64,000 nucleotides of DNA from Camelus ferus (lineage: Eukaryota), in assembly GCF_009834535.1 (NCBI RefSeq), contig NC_045696.1, positions 93,746,001-93,810,000 of the forward strand. Reading direction: 5' to 3'. Position 1 is the stretch's first letter. Every line of letters begins with the position of its first letter. The notes under the pieces were generated by a model that searched no databases, was not told the origin of the DNA, and saw only the letters and a list, made by a program, of their open reading frames with translations. The translations under genes were made by a program, and so were the position numbers. Below, piece by piece: positions 51,215 to 64,000 of the stretch.

Positions 51215-52600
51215 GTGCTGAACCTCTCTTCTGGTTTCCTACCTGGTTTTCATTCTTTTTACTGGCTTTCATTCCCCACCCTTTAAGTATGGTTTTCCCT
51301 TAAAGTTCTCATTAGACTTTTTCAGCCTTTTATGATTTCACTGTGCAATCCTATTTCCATGACCATAGTTCATGTTTTCACAGCTTTCAGAACTGAAGCT
51401 CTTCCTGAACTCTAAGCTTGCTACCTAACTCTGTACTCAACAGCATTCCAGTACCACAGATTCCTTGAACCTCACATGTTTCAAACAAATATCATGATCT
51501 TATATTTAAATCTCATCATCCTTCCACCAAAAAAAGTAAAACAATGTGTGTTGCTTAGTATGTCCTGTAACAGTTACTGCTGTTATCCTCCACCCAGCTG
51601 GCTGAGCTGTCGATCAGAAGAGCTGGTATTTATCAAGCAGTTATGTACCAGGGTCTGTTAACTGCTTTACATGCTTAGTAAGCAAGCTAGTCTAAGTCAT
51701 TCCTTATCCCATCCCACTTTCCCTCACAAAAACCCTGAGAGTTTTCTTCTGTAGCATTCTCATTTTCATTTCTTCTGCTTAAGGACCTTTTTTTTAATTT
51801 AATCTCTCCTGTGTTAATATAATAGTCCCTCTGTTGGCACTGTGGTCTTCATTCTCACAACTGCTGGCATCTGTTTTCCCCAAAGATCGGGTCATGTGAG
51901 CTTTCTCCCTGAGGCCGAGCCTCTTGAGATTTCTCCTCAAAAACTAGTTTGTCATGGCCTGGAGCAGAGCACCTCAGCTGTATGCCCAAGTTATTGATCC
52001 CCTCAGCACTGGCCGTTAGCTGCTAGCAGGCTTCTCAAGAGGCTGTACAAAATTATGTCTGTATTCCTTGACGAGGTGGGGCTGGGAAAGTACAGACTCA
52101 TAGAATCAGGTTCCAGCTCCTTAGCCAGTCACCCCCAGTCTCTTTACCAGCTGGCCCCACCTGCTTTTTCTAGGCTTACGCATCCCATCGTCTGTCCCTC
52201 CTAAATACACTATTCCTCCTGTGCCAGCTTGTGCCCTTTCTTTCATGACTTTATGCTTTGTTGCATGCTGTTTCCTCCTTTTAGAGTTATATTTGCCACC
52301 TTCTCCATCTCCTTTCACCTAGAAACTATGGGTGATGTAAGAACAAATCCTAGCTTTGCTGCCCATTAAGCTTCCTCTGATACCTCTCACAGAGTGAATT
52401 ACTTTCTCAACAATATTTCCAGAGTACTTTTATCATATCTCTTACAACACTTACCTTATTGACATGTAACGTATCTCTATATTTGCCTCTTGTACTAGAT
52501 TTCAAATTTTCAAGGTCAAGGATTTTGTCCTGTTCATCTTTGTAAGTAGTCCATAGCACAGTGCCTGACCTATAGTAAACATCTGAGTAACTGCATCTAC
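51215..52600. mobile_element. L2 remnants
   Basis: Pyrimidine-rich L2 motifs ending ttttgtcctgttcatctttgta..tagcacagtgcctgacctatagtaaac. Confidence 0.55.
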
Positions 52601-53689
52601 AGATGTAGAAAGAAACATTTGTGCTGATATTTTTCAAGACTCCACAGCTTACTTGTTAAAGGAGAAAACCAGGAAGTGTTAGTGGGAAGGTGAGAACAAA
52701 GATCCGGCTGCATATTTTATGTGGAGAAAAGTCAGCTGAATTTTGAGTGGACATTTATTTAACAGATATTTTTTGAACTTTATGGCTTGCACTGTGCACT
52801 AAGATGTGAGGGTAAAACAAGGGAAAGATTCCCTCACCCTCAGAGCTTATATCTAGATAGGGAGACATACAAGCTTTAACTCCAAGGTGTGACTGACCAG
52901 TTCTGGGAATTGAAGAGTATATTGAGGAATAAATTTATAAAGCAGAGATAGGCTGGACAAGTCAGGAAAGCCGTGAAATTCAGAGTAGTAAAGAGGGAAG
53001 TGTGTATGTTAGGGTGGAATATATAAAAGTGAAAGAGTGTATGTTGGTCTTCTGTGCTCTGGTTTTATCATCGGTGCTCATAAATTTGTATGCTCTCCCT
53101 TCTCAGTTCCACTTTTACTGTGTGTCCCACTTCCTACCAAGCACATTTACCAATTATTCTCTAAAAGAAATAGGCAACAGCTTGCAATAATGAAAGCAAA
53201 GTTTTAGGGATCAGTAATCTAAAATTACATAAAGATGAATTGCTTTCTTAAGCTCTCTAGAAGGCAGGGAATGTACAAGGCATTGTAGTTAAAGAGGAGG
53301 GGGCGTCTCTTGAAGCAAGGGGATGGTATCTATGCATTTGTCAGCTCTAAAAGGGGAATTGAAGGAGGGTGGTTGTTGAAAAAAAGTTTTTAGCAGAGGT
53401 CCTCAGCTATTTTCTTCCCAGAAGAAGAGCTGCACTACAGGGAAGTAAGGAAGAAAGCAGGGTGAGATGTTATGGAGGGTTGTGATTGGGTGTTTGGTTG
53501 GGGGGGGGGTTTAAAGGTGACCTCTATGTTTGGAATTGCTGGGAAGGGAACCAGCTGTGGGTCCATCCTGCTGACTAGACCAATCTCTGTCTCAGGTTGC
53601 CCTACCTCACGTTGGTGCCTCTATATGTATCGAAGACTTAGGGGAATCCTGGGTCACAGGTACTGAATAGGGAAGGGGATTGATGAACA

Positions 53690-53900
53690 CTTTGGGGGTG
53701 TCTGCTATGTTTCAGACACTGTGCTTTATTACTTTTTAAAAATTCTCATGCCAGTACTGGTTTAAGTGTATTAATCTCTCAAATAAGAAACTAAAGGCCA
53801 GAGGTTTATACCTTGCCCAAGGTCACAAAGCTAGTCAGTGGCAGAGCGAGGACATCAGAACCGTTCTGTGACTCACAAAACCCATGCTCCACACCCCCTA
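53690..53900. mobile_element. MIR SINE
   Basis: aataagaaactaaaggccagaggttt..cttgcccaaggtcacaaagctagtcagtggcagagc. Confidence 0.75.
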
Positions 53901-54718
53901 TTCCATCTAGATGCTGTCCTGTAGGTGACCTCTGAGGGGCTTTTGGGTTAAAGTGTAGACTCATTTTTCTTTGTCTCCACCCACATGCCTCTCAGAACCC
54001 ACTTATGGTAGGTGGCATTGTTGGGCAGATGCCCTCTGTTGTTAGCAGGCACTGCAGCATGGTGGAGTCATAGCATAGCACTGGACTGGCATGTAAGAGA
54101 TTTGAATGCTGATTCTGATCCTGCCATTAGCTGTGTCTGTGGGACTGAGCAGAACTAAATAGTTCTCCAGGATAGGTCTGTAGGTCTATAGCTACACTGA
54201 ATCTCCTGGGGCACTAATTGAAATTCCTGGATTAGAGACCCCAGCCAGACCTACTGAATCCAAATTACGAGGTATAGGACTTAGGAAGCTGTATTTAACA
54301 AACTTCTCAGGGAATTCTTGTGTGTACTCAGGTTTGGAAATCTCCTTTATTCAAAATTTGAGTCCTTCTAGGCAATCATTATTTTGGACTTATATTAATG
54401 TTAACTTTTGATTTGTAAGTTAAAATCAAAAAGCAAATGTAAACTTAGAGACGAAACTCTAGTTATTTTTAAAATTTTGATTGCTAAAAATGATCAAAAG
54501 GTTTATATACTTTGATAGAGAAGAATGATTCTTATCTAAAATGTCATTTCATATGTTAATTAATACTTACAGATATATTGATATTTAACTAGTGTTCATT
54601 AGGAAGTGTAGTGAATATGTTCTTTAAATTTTTTTTAAATCCTAAATGTAAAAAATCAAAATTATTAGCTAAAACCAAAGTGTTTCAAAAAAGCTACTTA
54701 AGAATGTTTTTATTTTAG

Positions 54719-54859
54719 GTATGTTCCAGAACAAAAAGAACACAGATCCCAGTTTAAAAGGGGTTTCATGCAAGGACATGTAAATAGACAAGACAAAGAA
54801 GAAAAAGAAGCAATCTATAAAGAACGCTGGCCAGGTTATGTGAGAGAACTGCGGAAAAG
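54719..54859 (+). CDS. DHX36: DHX36 exon 10
   Basis: ttttag|G; YVPEQKEHRSQFKRGFMQGHVNRQDKEEKEAIYKERWPGYVRELRKR; AG|gtaagt. 141 nt, phase 2->2. Confidence 0.95.
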
Positions 54860-55127
54860 GTAAGTCTATTTTGTTTGAAAGTGAGAGACTGAAACAAAAG
54901 GCAGAATTGTCTTGACTTTGCACATATTTAAGGATAGCATTGCAAGTCTTCATTCCAGCTGAATACTATGCTGATTTGACTTGGAAACACTATTATAATC
55001 CCAGTCATTCTTTCCTGTCTATTGATTACGTTTTCCATTTGCAGATTGAGTTAATTTAAGATTTTCTAGCAAATTAAACTTCAGGGAACTATCAAGTATT
55101 TCATGATTTTCTATTTGACTTTGATAG

Positions 55128-55230
55128 GTATTCTGCAAGCACTGTAGATGTTATGGAAATGATGGATGATGATAAAGTTGATCTGAATTTGATTGCTGCC
55201 CTTATTCGATATATTGTTTTGCAAGAAGAG
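55128..55230 (+). CDS. DHX36: DHX36 exon 11
   Basis: tgatag|G; YSASTVDVMEMMDDDKVDLNLIAALIRYIVLQEE; GAG|gttagt. 103 nt, phase 2->0. Confidence 0.95.
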
Positions 55231-55764
55231 GTTAGTTTTGTTTTTCTTCAAGGGACATAATTTCAATTTTATTTTCATATTAAGGCCATGAAAAAAGAAA
55301 ACTAATTTTCTTAAATGCTTTTTAAAAATAGCCTATGGATGAAATGGTTTTTGTCACCTGAAAAAGGAATTTCAAACTACCAAAAAATTTAGACACTTGA
55401 CCTATTTGAAGGAAAGACTAAACAAATTAAATGTCTGGATTGTAAATCCTGTTTGTAAAAAGTGATCCTAAAATAAATTCTTCTAATAAATAATAAATTC
55501 TAATAGCTTCACTTTTTTGAAACTCTTTGGTTTTAGCTAATGTCTGTGACTTTTTAGATTTAGGATTTTAAAAAGAAATTCTAAAGAATATTTTCACTAT
55601 CTTTCTAATGAATGCTAGTTAATATCAATTCTTTAGTTATAGTTAGTAACTAAAATCATCCTGACCTAGTATAATTTTAATGAAGATATAAATGTGCACA
55701 GAATTGTACTCTTAGTGTATTTTGTCATGTGATCCTTTGTAATGGTTATTTCCCCTCCATATAG

Positions 55765-55852
55765 GATGGTGCAATACTGGTCTTTCTACCAGGCTGGGAC
55801 AATATCAGCACTTTACATGATCTCTTGATGTCACAAGTGATGTTTAAATCAG
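55765..55852 (+). CDS. DHX36: DHX36 exon 12 (motif IV)
   Basis: atatag|GAT; DGAILVFLPGWDNISTLHDLLMSQVMFKS; G|gtatta. 88 nt, phase 0->1. Confidence 0.96.
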
Positions 55853-58667
55853 GTATTAGAGAAATGTGTTCTGTTGCAATTCCAGGGGTGGTACTTGAAT
55901 CATATGTAGTTTATTTTCTTTCACTTGAGCTTGGTGAGCTTAGCCCAGGTTGGATTTTTTCAAAAGTTGGAGCTTTTTTTTTCCTCCCCTAAAATTCTAA
56001 GTCAGAGGTGAAGATTGTAGGTATGTAGGTGAAACTCTTTATATTTGGTATTATGGTGAGACTGTTTTTCCTGTCTTCCTAAATTTGCCTAATAAAATTG
56101 AGCCCTTAAATTTAGTTCGGATGTTGGCATTTGAGGTTTTTGTTTTTTCACTCACAACTGCGTTTAGTTGGGCAGAAAAAAAGTTTGAATTTAATCCCTT
56201 AGCCTGGTATTCTTCAACTCTGACTGTACAACAGAGTCACCCATGGCACTTGTTTAAAATTCAGATACCCAGATTTCGTCCTAACCCCAGATATTAGAAT
56301 GTGACCAGAGTATCTGAAATTTTAAAAAATCCCTCAGGTGATTTTTTAAACAGCATGTTTTGAGAGATAAAACTTATGTCTTAGAGAAATGCATTGGGAC
56401 GTTTTTCGCCTATGAAATTCAGGTAAAGCATTTTCAGAAGTCATTACTAAAATGACTTTACAGTAAAATACAAAGCATTCTATTTAGTATTTTATGGTTC
56501 TGAATATACTTTCTAACCATACTCTAAGGGCTTTTTATACATTTTACTTTTACAAAACACTAAAAAATATTTAGATCTAATTTTATTGGCTAAAATATCT
56601 TTTCTTGTTTGTCAAATCCCATTGTGGTAATGCCCTGAAAGGATCCTCTATAATTAAAATTATTTTCTATTCTCTAGGTGGAAAAATATTTTTACCTTAT
56701 TACCATGACTTATTTGTAGTGAAATGCTACTTTCTCTTTTCCCTGTCAGTGATAACCATTCTCTATAGAAAAAGTGTAGTCGTGATTCTATTATACAACT
56801 GAATTACTTTTGTAAACAACTGGACTATTTCTTTGTCTAACCTTCCAACTCTAGCTGCTTCTTCCCCTGTGATAAACACTATTGTATAATCTACTTCTAG
56901 TTTTAAAAAAAATGAGTGTGTATATATTTTCTGAGAAAAGTGCAGTGGCGATCATTTTTGGGAGAGTGGGGAAAGAGTATGATATTAGAGATTACTGTAA
57001 TTGACTTCCTTAACTTTCTAATTTAAATTAAATGTTCTCAAGGAGTGAAGTATTAATTTATACTTCCACCACAACTTACTTTCTTTTAAAAGAAACTTTC
57101 AAAAATTTAATAGGAACGTTTTTTCTCAAATAAATTATATTTTTAAAATTTGGCCTTGATAATCACTTATATTATGCTAGCCATATAGAAGTGGGGGAAA
57201 TAGGCCAAACTCTGTACTGACTGAAAAGTATATCTTGAAACTGTTGAATGCTTGTCAACTTTCTTAATTTCTTCTCATAAAAATGTATATTTTATTCCCA
57301 TTGACTACTTTGGTTGTGCAGTATCAGCAATATAAACTATTTTTATCCCAATTATATTGTCTTCAACAAAATTTCTTTTACTTTCAAAGTAAATTGCAGC
57401 TGTCACATGTTATCTTTAAATGTATGAGCATGTATCTCTAAAAGGAAAGACAATTTTCTATATAACCACAATGCCATTGTCTAACCTGGTCTTTAGTATC
57501 ATCTGGTTATCCAGTCTAAAATCAAATTTTCCCATTTTCCCTCAAAGTGTCTTTTATATCTAGCTTGTTGAAACTATAGAAAAAATCAAACTGGTTAATC
57601 TTTTACTCTAGTTCTGGAACATCACTCCCATCCTCCCCTCACTTCGCCTGTGGTAATGACTTGTGGAAAAGACTAGGTGCAACTTCCTGGATTTGTCTGA
57701 ATCTTTATTTCATTTGATCCTCTTGCCTGTATTTCGTATAAACTGGAAATTATATCTAAAGCCTTGATTCAGTTCGACTTAAGTATTTTTAGTTGATGTA
57801 TTTCATATTGTGTCACAGAGATGAGTAATTCAGAGCATTCTTTTTTTTTTTTTTTTTTTTTAGCAATACCAGTTACTTGATGGCTTTAGACTACTTTTTA
57901 AGTTCAGGAGGGTTGGTCATAGAGAGTCTTTAGGGAGCATCTTATCTCCTTTGAATAACAGTAGTTCTTATCTGGGGAAATACAGCTATCTTGGGTCATT
58001 CAGACATTCTTGTTAGAGGTTTAAGTCAGGCTGCATTTTTTGTAACTGTGAAATTTACCCTTGCTTCCTTAACACTCTCCCTCCTTCCCATCACTAAACT
58101 TGGTTGGCTTATAATCATGGATAGTCTTGAGCTACTTCATTTTGAAACTTAAAACATACATTTTTTAATGTTTTTAACAGAATTATGTTTTAAAATGTGG
58201 GTCACTTTTGGAATGTATTACATTTAACCAGCACCATTTCATTATTTTTAAGTAGGACATCAAAATTTAATAAGTAATTTTCTTTTAAAATGTAAACATT
58301 CTTTGTATGATTATAGACTTTGGGTAATCCTATTTTAAGCATACTCATTCTTATTAAGCACAATCCATTGGTCTTTAATTAGTGGTGGGAATGGAGTTAG
58401 TGATGTTCTAGTATAATTTGGAAAGAGTGCTTCCAACTTTTAAGCATTCTTTAAGAATTTGGAGAATATGAAATAAATTGACAGAATAAGTTGACATGAA
58501 CTTGTTGAAGCATTCAGAAAACAATATAAAGAATAAAGTTGGTCTGATTATAAAAGAGGAATATAAATTAAGAGTTACGTGGTTTAGTATATGAATTCAT
58601 TGTTATGTATGTCTGATGGAGCTTTTCTGCAACTATTTATCTTAAAATTTAATTTTCTGATTTTCAG

Positions 58668-58723
58668 ATAGATTCCTTATTATACCTTTACATTCACTGA
58701 TGCCTACAGTTAACCAGACACAG
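58668..58723 (+). CDS. DHX36: DHX36 exon 13
   Basis: tttcag|AT; DRFLIIPLHSLMPTVNQTQ; CAG|gtatgt. 56 nt, phase 1->0. Confidence 0.95.
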
Positions 58724-60230
58724 GTATGTTGTTAAATTTATTTGTTTTTAAAATTGAGGCAAGCTTTAAGGACTGTTTATTGTGTTTTATTTTCTTTTAC
58801 TTCTTACGGGACATTTTCAAATAGTAATCCATAAAACAGTACTTCTTTGAGAAGCTTTTTAAATGAGTCTCCAGGGGATGATTGCACCAAAACTTGAATA
58901 AGAGAGGGTAGTCCACAAATCAAATTAGTTTTGTCAACATTAGGGAAATGTTTAAAGATTGGATTCACCAATAACTTGTTTGGGTTTCCTGAATAAAAGA
59001 AAAAGGTATGTGAGTACCAATAAAAATAACTCAACCTAGATATTAATAATCTATGACATGCTACTGCTTGATGTTTGAAATTTTGATGTGACAGTTCATA
59101 TACTTGGAGGTATTTTAGTATGTTTGAGATTTCAATACTGTGTTATGATTTTAGATGCTTTGGCTCTGTCCGATTCAGGGATTTCTCTGGTTAGAATGAA
59201 TACTACATTCTCAAAGGCAGGATAATTTTCTAGACTGCATTGTTTGCAGCTCCTAGTAGAATAAGATGGATCAGAAAATGTACCTCTGTTTCCTTCTAGT
59301 TTTTTCACTCTTTCTATAAGAAAATATCAAGACATTTATTACTGAGATTTATAACCTTTTTGCTAGAACCTTAATCCTGAGTAAGGCTCAGCCAGCTGGA
59401 TTAGATACAGAGTGTACACTTGAGGGAAGAAGAGGAAAGAGTGAACTCTTGATTCCAAAGACTGGACGAAAGAGTATCTAATGTGGAGTTTCTTCCATCT
59501 CTGACCCCTAACCGGAAATTATATATTCCTTTGCTAGATATCATATGTGAAAAGACTGACAACATTTCCTCTATTGATTACCATTTTTACAACTGAGGGG
59601 ATAAGTTTATGCATTTTATTATTATTATTTTTGCTTTACAACCAAGTAGTACTTGGCTACCTGACTTCTTTCTACTTGAATGGCTTTGCCAACATGATGT
59701 TGTTAATGGGATTCACCATTTGAAAAGGATTTCTTAAAAAAAATCCAGTCTAATCTTAAAAGCCAGTATACAGTGGCACAGCCAGCTGACATCCGTTCTG
59801 AGGAGGTGGGCATCTGTCTGGTTGGTTGGTGTCTTTACCTATACAGTGTTGGGTAATTCATAATTCTTGTCCTTAAACTAAACTTTCGTCCCTCTCCTTT
59901 ATAAGTTGGCTATGCAATAAGATGTTTATACTCTCCAGCTTTTGTTTAAAAACATTCTATAAATTTAAATTACCACATTTCATCTGAAATCTTGTTTGTG
60001 GTGAGGTTAACATATGTGGGAAATTTAGTTTGGTTTACCAAAAGGGAGTTTTGTGATATTGAAAACGAAATATACCATTTAAATATATATATGAATATTA
60101 AGAGGCATATGTCAATGAATGAACATAAAATGCTAAAAAATAAATAATATCGAAGTAATTCCTCTAATTGCAAGAATGATCAATCAGAAATTAGTTCACT
60201 TTGGGGATTTTGATGTATTTATTCCTACAG

Positions 60231-60295
60231 GTTTTTAAAAGAACCCCTCCTGGTGTTCGGAAAATAGTCATTGCTACCAATATTGCAGAGACCAG
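60231..60295 (+). CDS. DHX36: DHX36 exon 14 (motif V)
   Basis: ctacag|GTT; VFKRTPPGVRKIVIATNIAETS; AG|gtaaaa. 65 nt, phase 0->2. Confidence 0.96.
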
Positions 60296-60564
60296 GTAAA
60301 AATTGTTTTAATTACCAACTACTAAGGATTACATTAGTTTTGAGCCCCATAAATTGTTAACATACCTTAATCTTTTTTTCTACAAAATATTTTGTAACTT
60401 CTTAAAAATAAAGCTATTTTACTTAAGTTGTGGTAGTAAATACAGGTTTTGGGTTTGGGGTTTTTTTATTTAACCTTATACTAATGTTTTAGCCTCTTCA
60501 GAAACAATCTATTAAGTGTTTTTTTCCAAAGCTTTCCTAAAGAATCAATGGACCTGAGGTCAAT

Positions 60565-60688
60565 TTTATTTTTATTTTTTTTTTTAAGATTTAAAAAAAA
60601 AATTACTTTGTTTTAACGGAGATACTGGGGATTGAACCCAGGACCATGTGCATGTTAGGCATACAGTCTGAGCTATTTCCCTTCCCAC
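60565..60688 (-). mobile_element. Second tRNA-derived (Vic-1-like) SINE, more degraded
   Basis: ggagatactggggattgaacccaggacc is shared with 31794-31821. T-rich tail at left. Confidence 0.8.
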
Positions 60689-61158
60689 CAGTTTTGTTCT
60701 TTTGTCTTTTATTGGTTAGGGGTGGAATCATTTGGTAATTTAGTAATTAGTTATATACAGCCTATAAAATGTATTTCCTTGGAGATACTTGTATACCAGT
60801 ATAGTCACTGCAATAGATTGTTCTGTGGAAGCTGACATTGAACCATGGCATCCTATCCCACAAAGTTAGGTACAAAAGTCGTCAGGCAATCTATGAAGTT
60901 TGGCTGTGGGCAAATAAGAATTCAGCACGTGATCTGCAGGATTGGCACTATTTGCTGCCACTTTAGTTTCCGATGCTGCCTGTGATTAGGGGCTTGATTC
61001 TCATAATGTTGGTAAATGTGGGAAAAGTGATGAAAATCTTGAACTACTAAAATCAATGTGACCCAATAAAAAATGTTCTAAAATCCCTGTCTGTAGACCT
61101 GTTATAGGTTAATAGCTTTTGATGTGTTTTAATATTTTATATATCTTTTTCTGAACAG

Positions 61159-61302
61159 CATTACCATAGATGATGTAGTTTATGTAATAGACGGAGGAAA
61201 AATAAAGGAGACACACTTTGACACACAGAACAACATCAGTACAATGTCTGCTGAGTGGGTTAGTAAAGCTAATGCCAAGCAAAGGAAAGGTCGAGCTGGA
61301 AG
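61159..61302 (+). CDS. DHX36: DHX36 exon 15 (motif VI); gene continues beyond the window
   Basis: gaacag|[51 protein letters not shown]|gtaaga. 144 nt, phase 2->2. Confidence 0.97.
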
Positions 61303-61619
61303 GTAAGATGGGACCTTTGTATGAAGCCTTTAGAACACATAAAAATTTAGAGCAGCAAAATGTGTCATTGGCATTTCAAAATATTTATTAGGAGCGTTAC
61401 CTTTCATATTTTAAAAAATTTGTTGTAGGACATTTTTAAATGGGAAAGTTGTTTTAATCATAGTTTCTTTGAAAAAATAGCTGCCAGGTTTACTATTTTA
61501 TGATTTTTCTACCTGTACTTCCTCAATACAGTTAATTAAAATTAATATTCTGTGTTCTTTATCTTCATTAGCTCTGTTGTAATTTTCTTTTTTAAAACCA
61601 TATGTTAGTAATATTGATG

Positions 61620-61845
61620 ATAACTACTAATATTTTAATGTCTGGTCACCTCCTAAACACTTCATATACATTAACTTGCTTAATCCTCACCACAGTGCTG
61701 CTGTGAGGCAGGTTATTATCTCCATTTCAAGAATAAAGAAATTAAAAGTGATCTGTCCAGAGTCACACAGCTGTATAAGTAGCAGAGTCAGGATTTGAAT
61801 CCAGGAAATCTGGCTCCACGGTCTGGGCTCCTGATCACTATACTT
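61620..61845. mobile_element. MIR SINE
   Basis: ttaatcctcac..gtccagagtcacacagctg..agcagagtcaggatttgaatccaggaaatctggctcca. Confidence 0.8.
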
Positions 61846-63215
61846 TACAGGTGTGCTGGTTTTTCGGTATCAGTTACCAATGAAAACACAAGGAAAGTAC
61901 CTTTTTTCACACTGATGTGGTTGATGGCATAAAGAAATAAAAATATCTTTGTCTTAGTGGTAAGAAAAATTATCTGCCTTTAACACAAGTAATTGCGCTT
62001 ACTCATTTTGTGTATACTTTGCAGTATTTTTACACCCTTACTCATATGAGTAGTCCAGTCATCTAGTGTTGTAGAAGAGAGTTTTTATTTTGCCTCAAAG
62101 ATAGAACAGAAAGATTCCCATTAATCTTCAGGTACTGACTTAGGTAAGGAGAGTTGAAAGAAAGTTTTATAGACCATTTTATCAACCCTTTGTTGTAAGT
62201 TTGTGCTCTATCTGTAAAGCTCTGACTCACTCGCTATAATCCTTGTAGATTATCCCAGTATAACTTGATTTCTGGGTAGTTTGTTAGATTATTTAGTTAG
62301 TGCTGTTGAGCCCAAGTTGTGGCTTAGTCCAAGACATGTACCTTCTAATCAGTTATCGGGATAACTTGATTGGGGACCCAGCAAGACTGAGGTTTTCCCA
62401 CGCAGACCTATCACCAATGGATACTGATTCAAAAAGTATTCACTGTGGTAAATGATTCGGCACACTTTTATATATGAATAGTAAACATGCTAGGACTTAG
62501 GTTTGATCCTGAAACAATCATGGAAATAAAGTAAATGTAATGAAATACTACATTGGATCTAATTGCTTTACTTGCACTATCCTAATGGGAAAATTGACTG
62601 TGGAGTTAGTGTTTCAATTCAAATGGAAAACAGTCCCTTTAGGCTCCATAGATATAAATTTCTTTAGCGAAGCCTAATGAGATTGATAATTATTTTGAAG
62701 ACCAGAGCAAAATATACTACCCTCTTTATTTAGTTTCTACAGGTATGTTTTGTAATAGATAATGGGCCTTTGTAGACTCATGACAGAAATAGCTAAGACT
62801 TCTAGAATTTATTTTTGCTCCTATAGGAAAAGGGCCTCTTCCTTCTGCTATAATAGCAGAAGCCCATAGAAATACTTATTCTGCTTGAAAATGCATGAAA
62901 TGCTTCACCTCTTCACTTCTGTCCGTAACATTGTCCAGGGAATAGTATTCAGATCACTAGATGCAAACAGTAAAAAAAGTTTCCAGCATTTCTCTGAGAA
63001 CTCAATAAGTAGCACATACCTAAAAGTTTTTTAAGTAACATAGATTAATGGCAGGATTTGTTACATAAAATGCTCACAAGGCACAGAGAGTAACCTAAGT
63101 TTACTGCTGTTAAGTGAGCATGGCAGTCTGGAATCTGTAAAACAGAAATAGGGAACCAAGTTATTGGTAGGTGGAAGCAATATTGCATTTTTAAAACTAA
63201 GACTTAGCGGGTTTA

Positions 63216-64000
63216 GCTCAATATCACTAATTATCAGAGAAATGCAAATCAAAACTACAATGAGGTATCACCTCACACCAGTCAGAATGGCCGTCATTCA
63301 AAAATCCACAAATGACAAATGCTGGAGAGGCTGTGGAGAAAGGGGAACCCTCCTACACTGCTGGTGGGAATGCAGTTTGGTGCAGCCACTATGGAAAACA
63401 GTGTGGAGATTCCTCAGAAGACTAGGAATACACTTACCATATGACCCAGGAATCCCACTCCTGGGCTTGTATCCAGAGGGAAATCTACTTCAGGATGACA
63501 CCTGCACCCCAATGTTCATAGCAGCACTATTTACAATAGCCAAAACATGGAAACAGCCTAAATGTCCATCAACAGGTGACTAGATAAGGAAGATGTGGTA
63601 TATTTATACAATGGAATACTACTCAGTTATAAAAAATAATAAAATAATGCCATTTGCACGAACATGGATGGACCTGGAGAATGTCATTCTAAGTGAAGTA
63701 AGCCAGAAAGAGAAAGAAAAATACCATATGAGATCGCTCATATGTGGAATCTAAAAAACAAAAACAAAAACAAACAAACAAAAACAAAGCGTAAATAAAG
63801 GACAGAAATAGACTCACAGACAGAGAATACAGACTTGTGGTTACCAGGGGGGTGGAGGGTGGGAAGGGATAGCCTGGGATTTCAAAATTGTAGAATAGAC
63901 TACACTGTATAGCACAGGGAAATATACACAAAATGTTATGATAACTCACAGAGAAAAAAATGTGACAATGAGTGTGTATATGTCCATGAATAACTGAAAA
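63216..64000 (+). mobile_element. Young 5'-truncated L1 (ORF2 C-terminal Cys-rich region and 3' UTR), runs off the window
   Basis: [63 protein letters not shown] premature TAG at 63581-63583 replaces the usual Trp, after which homology continues. Confidence 0.93.

Noticed and set aside
63164..63583. 139-aa ORF as a novel gene
   Set aside because: It is the L1 ORF2 C-terminus from a truncated insertion with a premature stop.

Overview
Mammalian genomic DNA, AT-rich and repeat-dense. It is most likely a camelid: it carries tRNA-derived Vic-1-like SINEs and an artiodactyl-like DHX36 N-terminus, and I saw no Alu, Bov-A or PRE-1 elements. Two + strand genes lie in tandem. (i) The 3' end of GPR149, an orphan GPCR: about 26.7 kb of its last intron, a terminal coding exon at 26754-27326 and a probable ~2.6 kb 3' UTR. 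(ii) The CpG-island promoter and coding exons 1-15 of DHX36 (RHAU/G4R1, the DEAH-box G-quadruplex resolvase), 35773-61302. All DHX36 introns are GT-AG, the phases join into an uninterrupted frame (1826 nt) containing the DSM and helicase motifs I-VI, and the gene continues past the window. The remainder is L1, L2, MIR, LTR and DNA-transposon debris; family names were assigned by eye and boundaries are approximate. I found no convincing new gene or biological system. The best leads are regulatory hypotheses for DHX36: alternative acceptors (one matching the Delta14 isoform, one poison acceptor) and G4 motifs in its own transcript.
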